Origin: a virus
Lineage: Duplodnaviria; Caudoviricetes
Reading direction: 5' to 3' (one strand)
DNA length: 25,261 bases
Virus record (IMG/VR): IMGVR_UViG_3300036770_005207
Span: 1-25,261 of that record
This document shows, one piece after another, positions 1-9,245 of the stretch (the stretch's first letter is position 1; each line of letters starts with the position of its first letter). The notes beneath the pieces are model-generated. The model was not told the origin of the DNA and made no database searches. It worked only from the letters and a program-made list of their open reading frames with translations. The position numbers and the translations under genes were made by a program.

Positions 1-2
1 TT

Positions 3-467
3 AACTTCCCAGGATTTCTTGGAGAAGATGCTGCTCGCAGACAACTTACCTTTTTGTGTAAGTCTGCACAGCTACCAGGTTCGATCATTTCACCAATCCA
101 GTTATTCTACTTTGGACGTGAAGTGAAGTTCTCTGGTAATAGAACCTTCCAAGATTGGACAGTGCAGATCATTAACGACGAAGATTTTAGAGTAAGAAAT
201 GCCTTCGAAAGATGGATGAATGCTCTAAACAGTCACCAAACAAACCTTCGTAATCCAGTTGCTGGTACGCCAAACGGTTACACTGCTGACGCAATTGTAA
301 ATCAGTATGGCAAATCAGGCGACATTATTAAGTCTTACAAGTTTGTTGGTATGTTCCCAGTTGACGTCACGCAAATTGACCTCGACTGGGGCGCAAATGA
401 TCAGATCGAAGAGTACGCAGTATCGTTCGCATATCAATACTGGACTGCTGCTGGCGTAACGACTTGA
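3..467 (+). CDS. gp19: Tail tube protein (T4 gp19-like), 5' truncated by the window edge
   Basis: The frame is open from base 3 (NFPGFLGEDAARRQLTFLCKSAQLPGS...), upstream of the ORF-track start at 54. Motifs GRxVKFxGxRTFxDWTVxIINDEDF, FExWMN, G(M)FP and YQYW are typical of gp19. It lies directly before the portal gene, as in T4. Confidence 0.93.
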   Translation, partial: NFPGFLGEDAARRQLTFLCKSAQLPGSIISPIQLFYFGREVKFSGNRTFQDWTVQIINDEDFRVRNAFERWMNALNSHQTNLRNPVAGTPNGYTADAIVNQYGKSGDIIKSYKFVGMFPVDVTQIDLDWGANDQIEEYAVSFAYQYWTAAGVTT

Positions 468-470
468 TTC

Positions 471-495
471 TTGACTTACTTCTTCAGTAGGTCAA
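471..495 (+). other. Intergenic RNA hairpin between gp19 and gp20
   Basis: TTGACTTACT-(TCTTC)-AGTAGGTCAA forms a 10-bp stem with one G-U pair and has no following U-tract. Confidence 0.5.
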
Positions 496-524
496 TCCAC
501 ATGATGACATCTCAGGTTTAAATT

Positions 525-2144
525 ATGAATATATTCGGTTTTGAGATTTTACGCAAAAAAGAGGAAACTCTTGACGCATCAGTCACGCCTACAGTTGTAA
601 GCCCACAGATCGAAGATGGAGCCATCAATATTTCAGCGGGATCCCATTATGGTATCTACGTTGATATTGATGGCTCTTATCGTTCTGAGGTTGACCTCGT
701 AACAAAATATCGCACAATGGCTATGCAACCAGAAGTTGAGCAAGCCATTGAAGATATCGTTAACGAGTCAGTTGTGCACGACGAAGAAGGTAATTCTGTT
801 AAGATTATGGTTGACGATTTAGAACAACCACAATCAATTAAAGATAAAATTACAGAAGAATTCAAACACGTCATAAAGTTGCTCGACTTCAATAACAACG
901 GCGGTGATATTTTCCGTCGTTGGTATGTTGATGGTCGTTTATATTTTAACGTTATTATTGATCCAAATAATCCGCGAGCAGGCATACAAAGTTTGATCAA
1001 TATTGATCCAAGACGTATTCGCAAAGTTAGAAACGTAAAAAAGAAAAAAGATAAAACAACGCAAACAGAAGTTATCGATAACGTTGAAGAGTATTTTATT
1101 TACAACGAAAAAACATTAAACAATACGGTAAGCAATCCAATCTTAACAGGTAACTATTCAGGTGGAACAAAACTTACAAACGATTCAGTTGTATACTTAA
1201 CATCAGGTTTGTATGATCCTGCTCGCTCTACTGTTTTAAGTTATTTACATAAAGCAATTCGTCCAATGAATCAATTGCGTTTCGTTGAAGATGCGATTGT
1301 CATTTATCGTTTAAGTCGTGCACCAGAACGTCGCGTATTCTATGTTGACGTTGGTAACATGCCTAAGATGAAAGCAGAACAATATCTGCGCGATCTTATG
1401 GTTAAGTATCGTAACAAACTTGTATACGATAGTACGACAGGCGAGATTCGTGACGACCGTCGTCAATTGTCAATGCTTGAAGATTTCTGGATGCCTCGTC
1501 GTGGCGAAGGTAAGTCTACTGAAATCACAACATTACCATCAGGTCAAAACCTTGGCGAGTTGTCAGACGTAAACTATTTCGAACGCAAATTATACAAATC
1601 GCTTAACGTTCCAATTTCTCGCCTCGAGGCACAACAAGGGTTTACACTTGGTCGTTCGAACGAGATTACTCGCGACGAACTTAAGTTTATGCGTTTTATC
1701 GAAAAGTTGCGCGCTCGTTTTTCAATTATGTTCGATGAACTTATGGCTCGTCAACTTTCGTTGAAGGGTGTTTGTACTCTTGAAGAATGGCAAGATTTTA
1801 AGCAGTCAGTTCATTACGACTTCCTAAAAGATAACAATTTTGCCGAACTTAAAGAAGCCGAACTATTGCAAAATAGAGTGGCTCTATTGAACGTTGTTGA
1901 CCCATATGTTGGTAACTATTTCTCGAAAGCCTGGGTTCGTAAGCACGTATTGAACCTAACGGAAGATGATATTAAACTTATGGACGAGCAAATGGCTGAA
2001 GAAGCCGCTAATCAAGAAGTATCAACAGATTTACAAGGTGCTCCATCAGCTGCGCCAGGAGAAATGCCGCAATTGGCAACAAATCCTACAGAAGATGAAG
2101 AAGACCCTGATGATATAAATAAAAAAGTCAAAGAATTATTTTAA
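525..2144 (+). CDS. gp20: Portal vertex protein (T4 gp20-like)
   Basis: Hallmark motifs FRRWYVDGR, SYLHKAI, IYRLSRAPERRVFYVDVGNMPKxKAEQY, MLEDFWMPRR and EITRDELKF; 539 aa. Confidence 0.98.
   Translation: MNIFGFEILRKKEETLDASVTPTVVSPQIEDGAINISAGSHYGIYVDIDGSYRSEVDLVTKYRTMAMQPEVEQAIEDIVNESVVHDEEGNSVKIMVDDLEQPQSIKDKITEEFKHVIKLLDFNNNGGDIFRRWYVDGRLYFNVIIDPNNPRAGIQSLINIDPRRIRKVRNVKKKKDKTTQTEVIDNVEEYFIYNEKTLNNTVSNPILTGNYSGGTKLTNDSVVYLTSGLYDPARSTVLSYLHKAIRPMNQLRFVEDAIVIYRLSRAPERRVFYVDVGNMPKMKAEQYLRDLMVKYRNKLVYDSTTGEIRDDRRQLSMLEDFWMPRRGEGKSTEITTLPSGQNLGELSDVNYFERKLYKSLNVPISRLEAQQGFTLGRSNEITRDELKFMRFIEKLRARFSIMFDELMARQLSLKGVCTLEEWQDFKQSVHYDFLKDNNFAELKEAELLQNRVALLNVVDPYVGNYFSKAWVRKHVLNLTEDDIKLMDEQMAEEAANQEVSTDLQGAPSAAPGEMPQLATNPTEDEEDPDDINKKVKELF
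2114..2121 (+). promoter_or_regulatory. T4-type late promoter (gp55-dependent) for gp67 and downstream core genes
   Basis: Exact TATAAATA in the 3' end of gp20, about 35 nt before the gp67 ATG. Confidence 0.75.
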
Positions 2145-2156
2145 GAGGCAAATATT

Positions 2157-2333
2157 ATGTCAAATTTTACTGATTTTGCAATTCAACAAGATGTTATGTC
2201 ATTTAAGGAAAAACTTGATAATGCAATTGCAACCAAAGTTGCTGATGCATTAGCGCAAAAAAAACTTGAAGTTGCACAGACATTTTTTGATGCTCCAGAG
2301 GCTGTAGAAGCAGAAACAGGCGACGCACAATAA
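2157..2333 (+). CDS. gp67: Prohead core protein (T4 gp67-like), 58 aa; absent from the ORF track
   Basis: Translated by hand: MSNFTDFAIQQDVMSFKEKLDNAIATKVADALAQKKLEVAQTFFDAPEAVEAETGDAQ*. It has an SD (GAGG), a helical 'KVADALxxKKxEVA-F' pattern and an acidic tail, and sits right after gp20. Confidence 0.8.
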   Translation: MSNFTDFAIQQDVMSFKEKLDNAIATKVADALAQKKLEVAQTFFDAPEAVEAETGDAQ

Positions 2334-2334
2334 G

Positions 2335-2808
2335 ATGGCATCATTTAAAGAATTAAGAGCAAAAAGAAAACCATATCAAGATGTACCAGCAATGTTGGTG
2401 CTCAAACGAGTTGGTATTCGTAACTATCCAAACGGACAACAAGTTGCATTATATCACAATGCTGCTCTTGATTTGAACATCAGCGTTCCTTTCACTAAAA
2501 GTTCTTTAGATCCAGATGGTCGTTTAGGTGAGCCAGTTAAAATTGGCTCTTTACTACCAGCAGCTGCAATCTCAGAAGGTGTTATTGGATCTCTTAAAAG
2601 CATTGCTCAGTCACAACAACCTGGGCAGATTAAGTTTAACAACGGAACGACAGAAGAAGTGCATCATGCAATCGCTCAACAGATTGTTGACGTACATGCA
2701 AAACTAGACAATTCAAATAAAGATAAATTTGAGCGTCTTGTAAATGTTGGTCCTGCAGGTTTGCAAAAAGTAACACACTGGCTTAAGAAACTAGAATCAT
2801 CTAAATGA
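2335..2808 (+). CDS. Hypothetical prohead-core/internal virion protein (157 aa)
   Basis: Fills the gap between gp67 and the gp68-like gene and is coupled on both sides. It has a possible gp21 cleavage site (AISE/G). Function is not recognised. Confidence 0.7.
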   Translation: MASFKELRAKRKPYQDVPAMLVLKRVGIRNYPNGQQVALYHNAALDLNISVPFTKSSLDPDGRLGEPVKIGSLLPAAAISEGVIGSLKSIAQSQQPGQIKFNNGTTEEVHHAIAQQIVDVHAKLDNSNKDKFERLVNVGPAGLQKVTHWLKKLESSK

Positions 2809-3152
2809 AACGATTTAAATCATTCATAACAGAAGAAGATATTCAAAAAGTTGAAGAGCAACTTGACGAAGCCTCATCAGCATTTAAAACGCGCAAAATT
2901 GGTCGCATGAAACTTATTCCAATTCGTTTTCGTACAATTGGTGGTAAAGTTGTTGCGCAACGTCGTGTTAAGAAGTCAGCTGTTAAAGGTTTCACACTTC
3001 GTGGTGGAAAATTAGTTAGAATGAGCCCTGGTGAAAGAATGCGCCGCAAGCGCGCACAAAGACGCGGTGCCATCAAACGTCGAGCAAAAATGGCACGAGC
3101 AAAAATGAGAAGAATGCGTACAATGAGACGCAGAAAAGCACTCGGAATTTAA
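2805..3152 (+). CDS. gp68: Prohead core protein (gp68-like), very Arg/Lys-rich
   Basis: Lies immediately before gp21. The C-terminus is basic (RMSPGERMRRKRAQRRGAIKRR...RRRKALGI), and the N-terminus carries ITE/LDE cleavage-type sites. Confidence 0.7.
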   Translation: MKRFKSFITEEDIQKVEEQLDEASSAFKTRKIGRMKLIPIRFRTIGGKVVAQRRVKKSAVKGFTLRGGKLVRMSPGERMRRKRAQRRGAIKRRAKMARAKMRRMRTMRRRKALGI

Positions 3153-3165
3153 AGGTATCATAAAA

Positions 3166-3810
3166 ATGAAATTAATCGTAGAAACAGTCGAAGCAGTCAA
3201 ATACCTAACTGAAGAAAAGAACGGTGTAAAACAATATTACATCGAAGGTATTGGTCTTCAGGGTAACAAGGTAAATCGCAATTTGCGCGAGTACAGTACA
3301 GATATTCTTGCACGTGAAGTAAATCGTTACAATAAAGAATATGTTAATGAAAATCGCGCATTTGGTGAGCTCGGTCATCCAGACGGACCTTCAATTAATC
3401 TTGATCGCGTATCGCACATGATTAAAGAGATTCGTCAAGAAGGCGATAATTTCATTATTAAAGCAAAAATTTTAGACACTCCATTCGGAAAGATCGTCAA
3501 GAATCTTATCGATGAAGAATGCAAGTTAGGCGTTTCTTCTCGAGGAATGGGTACGCTAAAGTCTGTAAATGGTGTTAACCAAGTACAGAACGATTATTAT
3601 CTAGCCACAGCGGCAGATATAGTAGCTGATCCTTCAGCACCTGATGCGTTCGTTCGCGGCATTATGGAAGGCAAAGAATGGGTATGGAATAATGGCGTCA
3701 TTGAAGAAGCCACCATAGACCAGATGCGCAATGAAATTGAAAGAGCAAAACGCAAGCAGTTGGAAGAGATCAAACTACGTCAATTTGAGAGCTTCCTCTC
3801 AAAACTGTAA
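3166..3810 (+). CDS. gp21: Prohead core scaffold protease (T4 gp21-like)
   Basis: Motifs AFGELGHPDGP, KILDTPFG, LGVSSRGMG (catalytic Ser) and DIVADPSAPDAFV. Confidence 0.97.
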   Translation: MKLIVETVEAVKYLTEEKNGVKQYYIEGIGLQGNKVNRNLREYSTDILAREVNRYNKEYVNENRAFGELGHPDGPSINLDRVSHMIKEIRQEGDNFIIKAKILDTPFGKIVKNLIDEECKLGVSSRGMGTLKSVNGVNQVQNDYYLATAADIVADPSAPDAFVRGIMEGKEWVWNNGVIEEATIDQMRNEIERAKRKQLEEIKLRQFESFLSKL

Positions 3811-3813
3811 TTT

Positions 3814-3821
3814 TATAAATA
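3814..3821 (+). promoter_or_regulatory. T4-type late promoter for gp22-gp23
   Basis: Exact TATAAATA in the gp21-gp22 gap, followed by the SD TAAGGAG. Confidence 0.85.
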
Positions 3822-3849
3822 AAATCATAACCATAAGGAGTTATTTCTC

Positions 3850-5040
3850 ATGAAAACATTAGCAGAAGCTGCCGCTGAAATCTTGATGAAAACAAAATCA
3901 GATTCACCAGCAGAACCAATGAAGAAATTAGCAAGTGGTGCAGAGGTCGTTGATCTCGGCGGTTCAACACTTGACAAGCCAGAAGGTGACGAGATCGGCA
4001 AGAAAGCCGCTGCAGTACTTTCTCAGGCTCCTGCCCCAGGTAAGGGTGCAGCAGTTGCTGGCGATAAAGCAGCAAAAGGTCTTGGCGGTGGTGCGTCAAA
4101 TCCAACAGCAATGGCTGAAGAAGAAGAAGTTTCAGACGAAGATGTTGTTACAGAAGTTGAAGCATCAGCTGACGAGACAATCGAAGTCGACGCTTCCTCA
4201 GAAGAATCAGTTGAAGAGATTGCTGAAGAAGAAGAATTGACTCCAGAAGAAATCGAAGAAGCCAAGCATGCTAAAGTCGCCATGATGCGCGATAAGATGA
4301 AGCAACTTGGCGTTAAGGAAGACATCGACGCCATTTTCAATGGTGAAGATCTTTCAGAAGAATTCAAGTCAAAGGTAGGCACAGTATTTGAAGCAGCCGT
4401 TATTGCTCGTGCAGTAAACGTTGTTGAAGAAATGGAAAAAGAAATCCTTTCTGCTGCAGCTCAAACTATTGAAGAAGCCAAAGCACAGATCGAAGAGCAA
4501 GTCGACAGCTACCTCAACTATATGGTTGAGCAGTGGATGGAAGAGAACAAGCTCGCCGTTACATCTGGCTTGAAGATGGAAATTGCTGAAGAATTCATGG
4601 CTGATATCAAGAATGTATTCGAAGCACACAACATCAACCTACCAGAAGAACAACTTGACGTTATGGAAGCAATGGTTTCCGAAAACGAAGAGTTGAAGAA
4701 GAAGTTAAATGACGTTCTTCATAGCAACATTGAACTTAAGAAAGAAGTCAATGAATCAAAGAAGAATGAAATCGTTACTAAAGTTTGCGAAGGGCTCACC
4801 GCAACGCAAGCTGAAAAAGTAAAAACACTCGCAGAGGGTGTAGAGTTCACCACAGAGCGTGAATACTCAGAGAAGTTGAAGATCATTCGTGAACAATACT
4901 TCTCAAGTAAGGTGAAAACAACTGCTGCTACGCCTGTCGTAGAAAGCGTTGATCCTGCTCCAGCATCGGACGAATCGGGAACGATTAGCCCATTGATGGA
5001 GCGTTATGTACGTTCAATTGGTAAAACTCTACCTCGTTAA
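3850..5040 (+). CDS. gp22: Major prohead scaffolding protein (T4 gp22-like)
   Basis: Acidic coiled coil with LSEEFKxKxxTVFEAAV, VDSYLNY, EQWMEEN and a C-terminal 'MERYV'. Located between gp21 and gp23. Confidence 0.93.
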   Translation: MKTLAEAAAEILMKTKSDSPAEPMKKLASGAEVVDLGGSTLDKPEGDEIGKKAAAVLSQAPAPGKGAAVAGDKAAKGLGGGASNPTAMAEEEEVSDEDVVTEVEASADETIEVDASSEESVEEIAEEEELTPEEIEEAKHAKVAMMRDKMKQLGVKEDIDAIFNGEDLSEEFKSKVGTVFEAAVIARAVNVVEEMEKEILSAAAQTIEEAKAQIEEQVDSYLNYMVEQWMEENKLAVTSGLKMEIAEEFMADIKNVFEAHNINLPEEQLDVMEAMVSENEELKKKLNDVLHSNIELKKEVNESKKNEIVTKVCEGLTATQAEKVKTLAEGVEFTTEREYSEKLKIIREQYFSSKVKTTAATPVVESVDPAPASDESGTISPLMERYVRSIGKTLPR

Positions 5041-5060
5041 TTTTTAGGAGTAAATGAAAA

Positions 5061-6413
5061 ATGTATTTATCTGAACAAATCCAATCAAAGTGGGCACCAG
5101 TCCTAGATCACCCAGATCTACCAAAGATTGATGACCCATACCGCCGTGCTGTTACGGCAGTCGTTCTTGAGAACCAAGAGCGCGCAATGGCTGAAGAAGC
5201 ACGTCTTCTTTCAGAAGCATCACCTGCGAACATCACAGGCTTTACAACTAACTCATCAGCTGGCGGTGCAACTGCTGGTTATGATCCAATCCTAGTAAGC
5301 CTCGTTCGTCGTTCATTGCCAAACCTAATGGCTTATGACATCTGCGGCGTTCAGCCAATGACTGGTCCAACAGGTTTGATCTTCGCAATGCGTTCAAAGT
5401 TTGCCAACAACACTGCACTACTTGGTTCAGTTGGTCAAGGCAACGACGCTGGCGAAGCATTGTACAACGAAGCCGACACAGACTTCTCAGGTACAGGCAC
5501 TCACACGCCATTCGATTCAGCTGTTAACCCAGGTTCAAACAGCGCATCAGTCTTCGGCTCAGCAAACACTGGTTACGGTGTTACAACAGCTGTTGGTGAA
5601 GATCTTGGCAGCGGCACAGCAATGGGCGCAATGGGCTTCTCAATTGAGAAGGTCACTGTAACAGCAAATACTCGCGCATTGAAGGCAGAGTATACACTAG
5701 AACTAGCACAAGACCTCAAGGCAGTGCATGGTCTAGACGCTGAAACAGAATTGGCAAATATTCTTTCAACAGAAATTCTTGCCGAAATCAACCGCGAAGT
5801 CGTTCGTACGATTTATCGTACAGCAACTCCAGGTGTTGCGTTTGCTGGTGCACCAGGTACATTCAACCTAGCAACTTCAGGTGGTGACACCGACGGTCGC
5901 TGGCAGGTTGAGAAGTATAAGGGCTTGATCTATGCAATCGAAAGAGAAGCAAATAAAATTGCTAAAGACACCCGTCGTGGCAAGGGCAATATCGTCGTCT
6001 GCTCATCAGACGTCGCATCAGCCCTCGCAATGTCAGGTCTTCTCGATTACAACTCAGCTCTCGCTGGTCAAGTAAGCCTAACTGTTGATGACACAGGCAA
6101 CACATTCGCTGGTACACTATTCGGTCGTATCAAGGTTTATGTTGATCCATATTCTGTCCAAACAGCAGACTACGCAGTAGTTGGTTACAAGGGTACAGTA
6201 GCATATGACGCTGGTCTATTCTATTGCCCATATGTCCCACTACAAATGGTCCGCGCAATCAATCCAGATACCTTCCAGCCAAAAATTGGCTTCAAGACCC
6301 GTTATGGTCTAGTTGCTAACCCATATGCTGAAGGATCAACGATTGGTCTTGGCAGACTAGCAAACAACTCAAACCTATACTACCGCAAGTTTATCGTTTC
6401 AAACTTGAAGTAA
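5061..6413 (+). CDS. gp23: Major capsid protein (T4 gp23-like)
   Basis: Motifs KWAPVLD, LENQE, CGVQPMTGPTGLIFAMRS, RALKAEYTLELAQDLKAVHGLDAE, YCPYVPL and FQPKIGFKTRYG; SD AGGAG. Confidence 0.99.
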   Translation: MYLSEQIQSKWAPVLDHPDLPKIDDPYRRAVTAVVLENQERAMAEEARLLSEASPANITGFTTNSSAGGATAGYDPILVSLVRRSLPNLMAYDICGVQPMTGPTGLIFAMRSKFANNTALLGSVGQGNDAGEALYNEADTDFSGTGTHTPFDSAVNPGSNSASVFGSANTGYGVTTAVGEDLGSGTAMGAMGFSIEKVTVTANTRALKAEYTLELAQDLKAVHGLDAETELANILSTEILAEINREVVRTIYRTATPGVAFAGAPGTFNLATSGGDTDGRWQVEKYKGLIYAIEREANKIAKDTRRGKGNIVVCSSDVASALAMSGLLDYNSALAGQVSLTVDDTGNTFAGTLFGRIKVYVDPYSVQTADYAVVGYKGTVAYDAGLFYCPYVPLQMVRAINPDTFQPKIGFKTRYGLVANPYAEGSTIGLGRLANNSNLYYRKFIVSNLK

Positions 6414-6468
6414 TATTTGTTGAGAAAGTATTTGCCAACTTATCTAAAATAATAAGGCAAAACAAATT

Positions 6469-6498
6469 AGAGGGGGTCGAAAGACTCCCTCTTTTTTT
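6469..6498 (+). terminator. Rho-independent terminator after gp23
   Basis: AGAGGGGGTC-GAAA-GACTCCCTCT stem with a GNRA loop, followed by a T7 run. Confidence 0.9.
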
Positions 6499-6501
6499 AC
6501 A

Positions 6502-6509
6502 CCTAAATA
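6502..6509 (+). promoter_or_regulatory. Probable late promoter variant for gp3
   Basis: CCTAAATA (TAAATA core) just after the terminator and about 26 nt before the gp3 ATG; SD GGAG follows. Confidence 0.55.
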
Positions 6510-6535
6510 ATTTGTAGTCACACGGAGCGATACTC

Positions 6536-7075
6536 ATGTCAGTATCATATGTACCAAAAGATCGCGATATCGCACAATATAATAAGTTCAAATTAAATTT
6601 TGATCGTTTACCTAATATGACATTTTTCTGTAAAAATGTTAATCTTCCAGGTATCATCAATAATGCCGTTCGTGTAGAAACGCCATTTTCTGCATTTTTA
6701 GTCCCTGGTGATAAAACCGAATTCAATACACTAGAAGTAAATTTTTTAGTTGATGTGAATTACACTGCTTGGTTAGAAATATTCAATTGGATTACAGCAC
6801 TAACCTTCCCTAAAGATTTCGAACAATATCAAAATTTACAAAATACACAACGCACAACCTTAATACCTAGCGGTCGTCAACGTGGAAATCAATATAGTGA
6901 TGCAATGCTTACAATCTATACAAATAGAAATAACGCAAACCTTCGAATAAAGTTTAAAGATTGCTTTCCTCTTGCAATTGGATCCATTGAATTTGATGTA
7001 GAAAAGACGGCTGAAGACCCTGTTATGTGTAGCGCAAGTTTTGGGTATTCTCTTTACGAAATTGAAAAAGTATAG
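6536..7075 (+). CDS. gp3: Tail completion / sheath stabiliser (T4 gp3-like)
   Basis: Motifs FFCxxVNLPGI, PGDKxEFxxLxVxFLVD, EIFNWI, YSDAxL and FKDCFP. The gp23-gp3-uvsY-uvsW order is typical of environmental T4-like phages. Confidence 0.88.
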   Translation: MSVSYVPKDRDIAQYNKFKLNFDRLPNMTFFCKNVNLPGIINNAVRVETPFSAFLVPGDKTEFNTLEVNFLVDVNYTAWLEIFNWITALTFPKDFEQYQNLQNTQRTTLIPSGRQRGNQYSDAMLTIYTNRNNANLRIKFKDCFPLAIGSIEFDVEKTAEDPVMCSASFGYSLYEIEKV

Positions 7076-7081
7076 TATAAT
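7053..7081 (+). promoter_or_regulatory. Sigma70-like promoter upstream of uvsY
   Basis: TTTACG-N17-TATAAT, about 36 nt before the uvsY ATG. Confidence 0.5.
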
Positions 7082-7117
7082 AATATAACAACCAGTTGTA
7101 TTATTTAAGGTGTATGT

Positions 7118-7561
7118 ATGAATGCGATTCCGCTCACTCAGATCATTGAGATGTGGGAAAAAGACTCAGAAGTGGATCAAACTGAGCCTGGTAAAGAAAT
7201 CATCAAGATTCCAACACTTCACGCGAAGTATGCGCGCATTCTTTCAGCACATTCTCTTGCTTCGAAGCAGTGTCATATTGAATATGCGAGAATGAAAAAG
7301 ATCAAGTATGAATATTACAACGGCAAACTTGATGCTGATGAATTGAAGAAGTATGGCTGGGAACCTTTTCGATTTTTATTAAAGTCAGATATAGGTACAT
7401 ATCTTGACGCCGATCAAGATCTTGTAAAGATTACAGCCAAACTCGCATTACATGAGGAATCAATTACTTTTTGTTCTTCGGTGCTTAAAGAGTTGAACGC
7501 TCGCACATATCAATTACGTGCATTTATGGATTGGGAAAAATTCATTCAGGGTGGACATTAA
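7118..7561 (+). CDS. uvsY: Recombination mediator UvsY
   Basis: Motifs WEKDS, IPxLHAKY, YEYYNGK, YLDADxDL and RTYQLRAFMDWEKF; located upstream of uvsW. Confidence 0.9.
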   Translation: MNAIPLTQIIEMWEKDSEVDQTEPGKEIIKIPTLHAKYARILSAHSLASKQCHIEYARMKKIKYEYYNGKLDADELKKYGWEPFRFLLKSDIGTYLDADQDLVKITAKLALHEESITFCSSVLKELNARTYQLRAFMDWEKFIQGGH

Positions 7562-7740
7562 TGGTATCGAATAAGAACGATCAAGACGCTCATGATGCGC
7601 TTAATGGATTTCCGTTAGAAGAAACGCAACCCTCACTCAAAGAAGCTGCTGCAGCTGCACTCAAAGAATTAGAACGGATAAATAAATTTATCGTCATTGA
7701 CAATTCTGTCATTGAGAAATTGAAAAATGCTTTGGTATGA
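7561..7740 (+). CDS. Small hypothetical protein (59 aa, MVSNKND...)
   Basis: ATG at 7561 overlaps the uvsY stop (TAATG) and the stop overlaps the uvsW start (ATGA), so it is coupled on both sides. Confidence 0.6.
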   Translation: MVSNKNDQDAHDALNGFPLEETQPSLKEAAAAALKELERINKFIVIDNSVIEKLKNALV

Positions 7741-9245
7741 TAATCTACACAAATATTCACATCACTGTTAAAAAAATAAATGAGGTTTATCTTCATTTAG
7801 AATGCGAAGAAAATATAAAAGCAGAGTTAGCTGAATATTTTTCTTTTTTTGCTCCCAATTATCAGTTTAGTCCATTATATAAAAAGAAAATTTGGAACGG
7901 GAAAATTTATCTTTTTAATCGTAAAAAATCTTTGCTGTTTGCAGGGTTAGTGCGTTATCTAAACGAGTTTGCTAAAGAAAAAGATTATGCAATTGATTAT
8001 GACGATTCAATTGACGTATTCAACGAATACTCATTAGAAGAAGCCAAGCAGTTCGCAGATTCTCTCAATTTGCAGTCACGCAATCAACCTATTGAAGTTC
8101 GCGATTATCAATTAGCAGGATTTGCAAAAGCAATTCGCTATCAAAAGATGCTGATGCTTTCACCTACAGCATCGGGTAAATCATTAATCATTTACTTGAT
8201 TATGCGCAAACTTTTTGCCGATAAATGTAAACGCGGACTACTTATTGTTCCGACTGTTTCTCTTGTTGAACAAATGTACAGCGACTTTGCTGATTATTCT
8301 ACAGGTAATGGATGGAACGTAAGTAATAATTGCCAAAAAATTTATCAGGGTCAAGATAAACTGATTACTCGTAATTTAGTCATCTCTACATGGCAATCTA
8401 TTATGGATATGCCTAAAAAGTTTTTTGAGCAGTTTGATTTTGTTATTGGCGACGAAGCGCATGGCTTCGAAGCAAAGTCGCTTTCTAAAATTATGACACG
8501 ACTAGTCAATGCAAAGTATCGTATTGGTACAACTGGTACGGTTAAGGATACCAAAGTGCATAAGTTGTCACTAGAAGGTTACTTTGGTGCAATCACTAAG
8601 ATTATTACAACGAAAGAGTTGATTGATCGTGGTCAGTTATCCGACTTTGAGATCAAATGCTTAACGTTAAAATATTCTGAACAAACTTGCGCAATGGTAA
8701 GTAAATTTGATTACCAGCAAGAAATGGACTTTCTCGTAACGAACAACTCACGAAATATTTTCATTAGAAACTTGGCTTTATCGTTAAATAATAATACACT
8801 AGTATTGTTTCAATACGTTGAAAAACACGGTAAAGCATTATACGATATGATCTCTGAGAAAGCAGGAAATCGAAAAGTATTTTTTGTTTTCGGTGGAACT
8901 GATGTCATAGATCGAGAAGAAATTCGTAAAATTGTAGAAACAGAAAAAGACGCTATCATTGTTGCTTCGTATGGAGTATACTCTACTGGCGTAAATATTC
9001 GTAACCTACATAATATTATATTCGCTTCACCAAGTAAGTCTAAGATTCGCAATCTTCAATCTATAGGTCGCGGCTTACGATTAGGAGACGATAAAGAAAA
9101 AGCCACTCTTTACGATATCTCTGATGACCTTCGGTACAAGAAATATGTCAATTTCACATTGAAGCATTTCGCTGAACGACTTAAGATATATCACGAAGAG
9201 AAATTCAAAATCTCAACCTATAAGGTAGAATTAAAAAATGGGTAA
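7737..9245 (+). CDS. uvsW: SF2 DNA helicase UvsW
   Basis: Q-motif RDYQ, Walker A SPTASGKS, DEAH, TGT and motif VI LQSIGRGLR; N-terminal WNGKIYLF. Confidence 0.96.
   Translation: MIIYTNIHITVKKINEVYLHLECEENIKAELAEYFSFFAPNYQFSPLYKKKIWNGKIYLFNRKKSLLFAGLVRYLNEFAKEKDYAIDYDDSIDVFNEYSLEEAKQFADSLNLQSRNQPIEVRDYQLAGFAKAIRYQKMLMLSPTASGKSLIIYLIMRKLFADKCKRGLLIVPTVSLVEQMYSDFADYSTGNGWNVSNNCQKIYQGQDKLITRNLVISTWQSIMDMPKKFFEQFDFVIGDEAHGFEAKSLSKIMTRLVNAKYRIGTTGTVKDTKVHKLSLEGYFGAITKIITTKELIDRGQLSDFEIKCLTLKYSEQTCAMVSKFDYQQEMDFLVTNNSRNIFIRNLALSLNNNTLVLFQYVEKHGKALYDMISEKAGNRKVFFVFGGTDVIDREEIRKIVETEKDAIIVASYGVYSTGVNIRNLHNIIFASPSKSKIRNLQSIGRGLRLGDDKEKATLYDISDDLRYKKYVNFTLKHFAERLKIYHEEKFKISTYKVELKNG

Noticed and set aside
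7677-7684. GATAAATA upstream of uvsW as a late promoter
   Set aside because: One mismatch to TATAAATA, inside a coding region of an AT-rich genome; cannot be told from chance.
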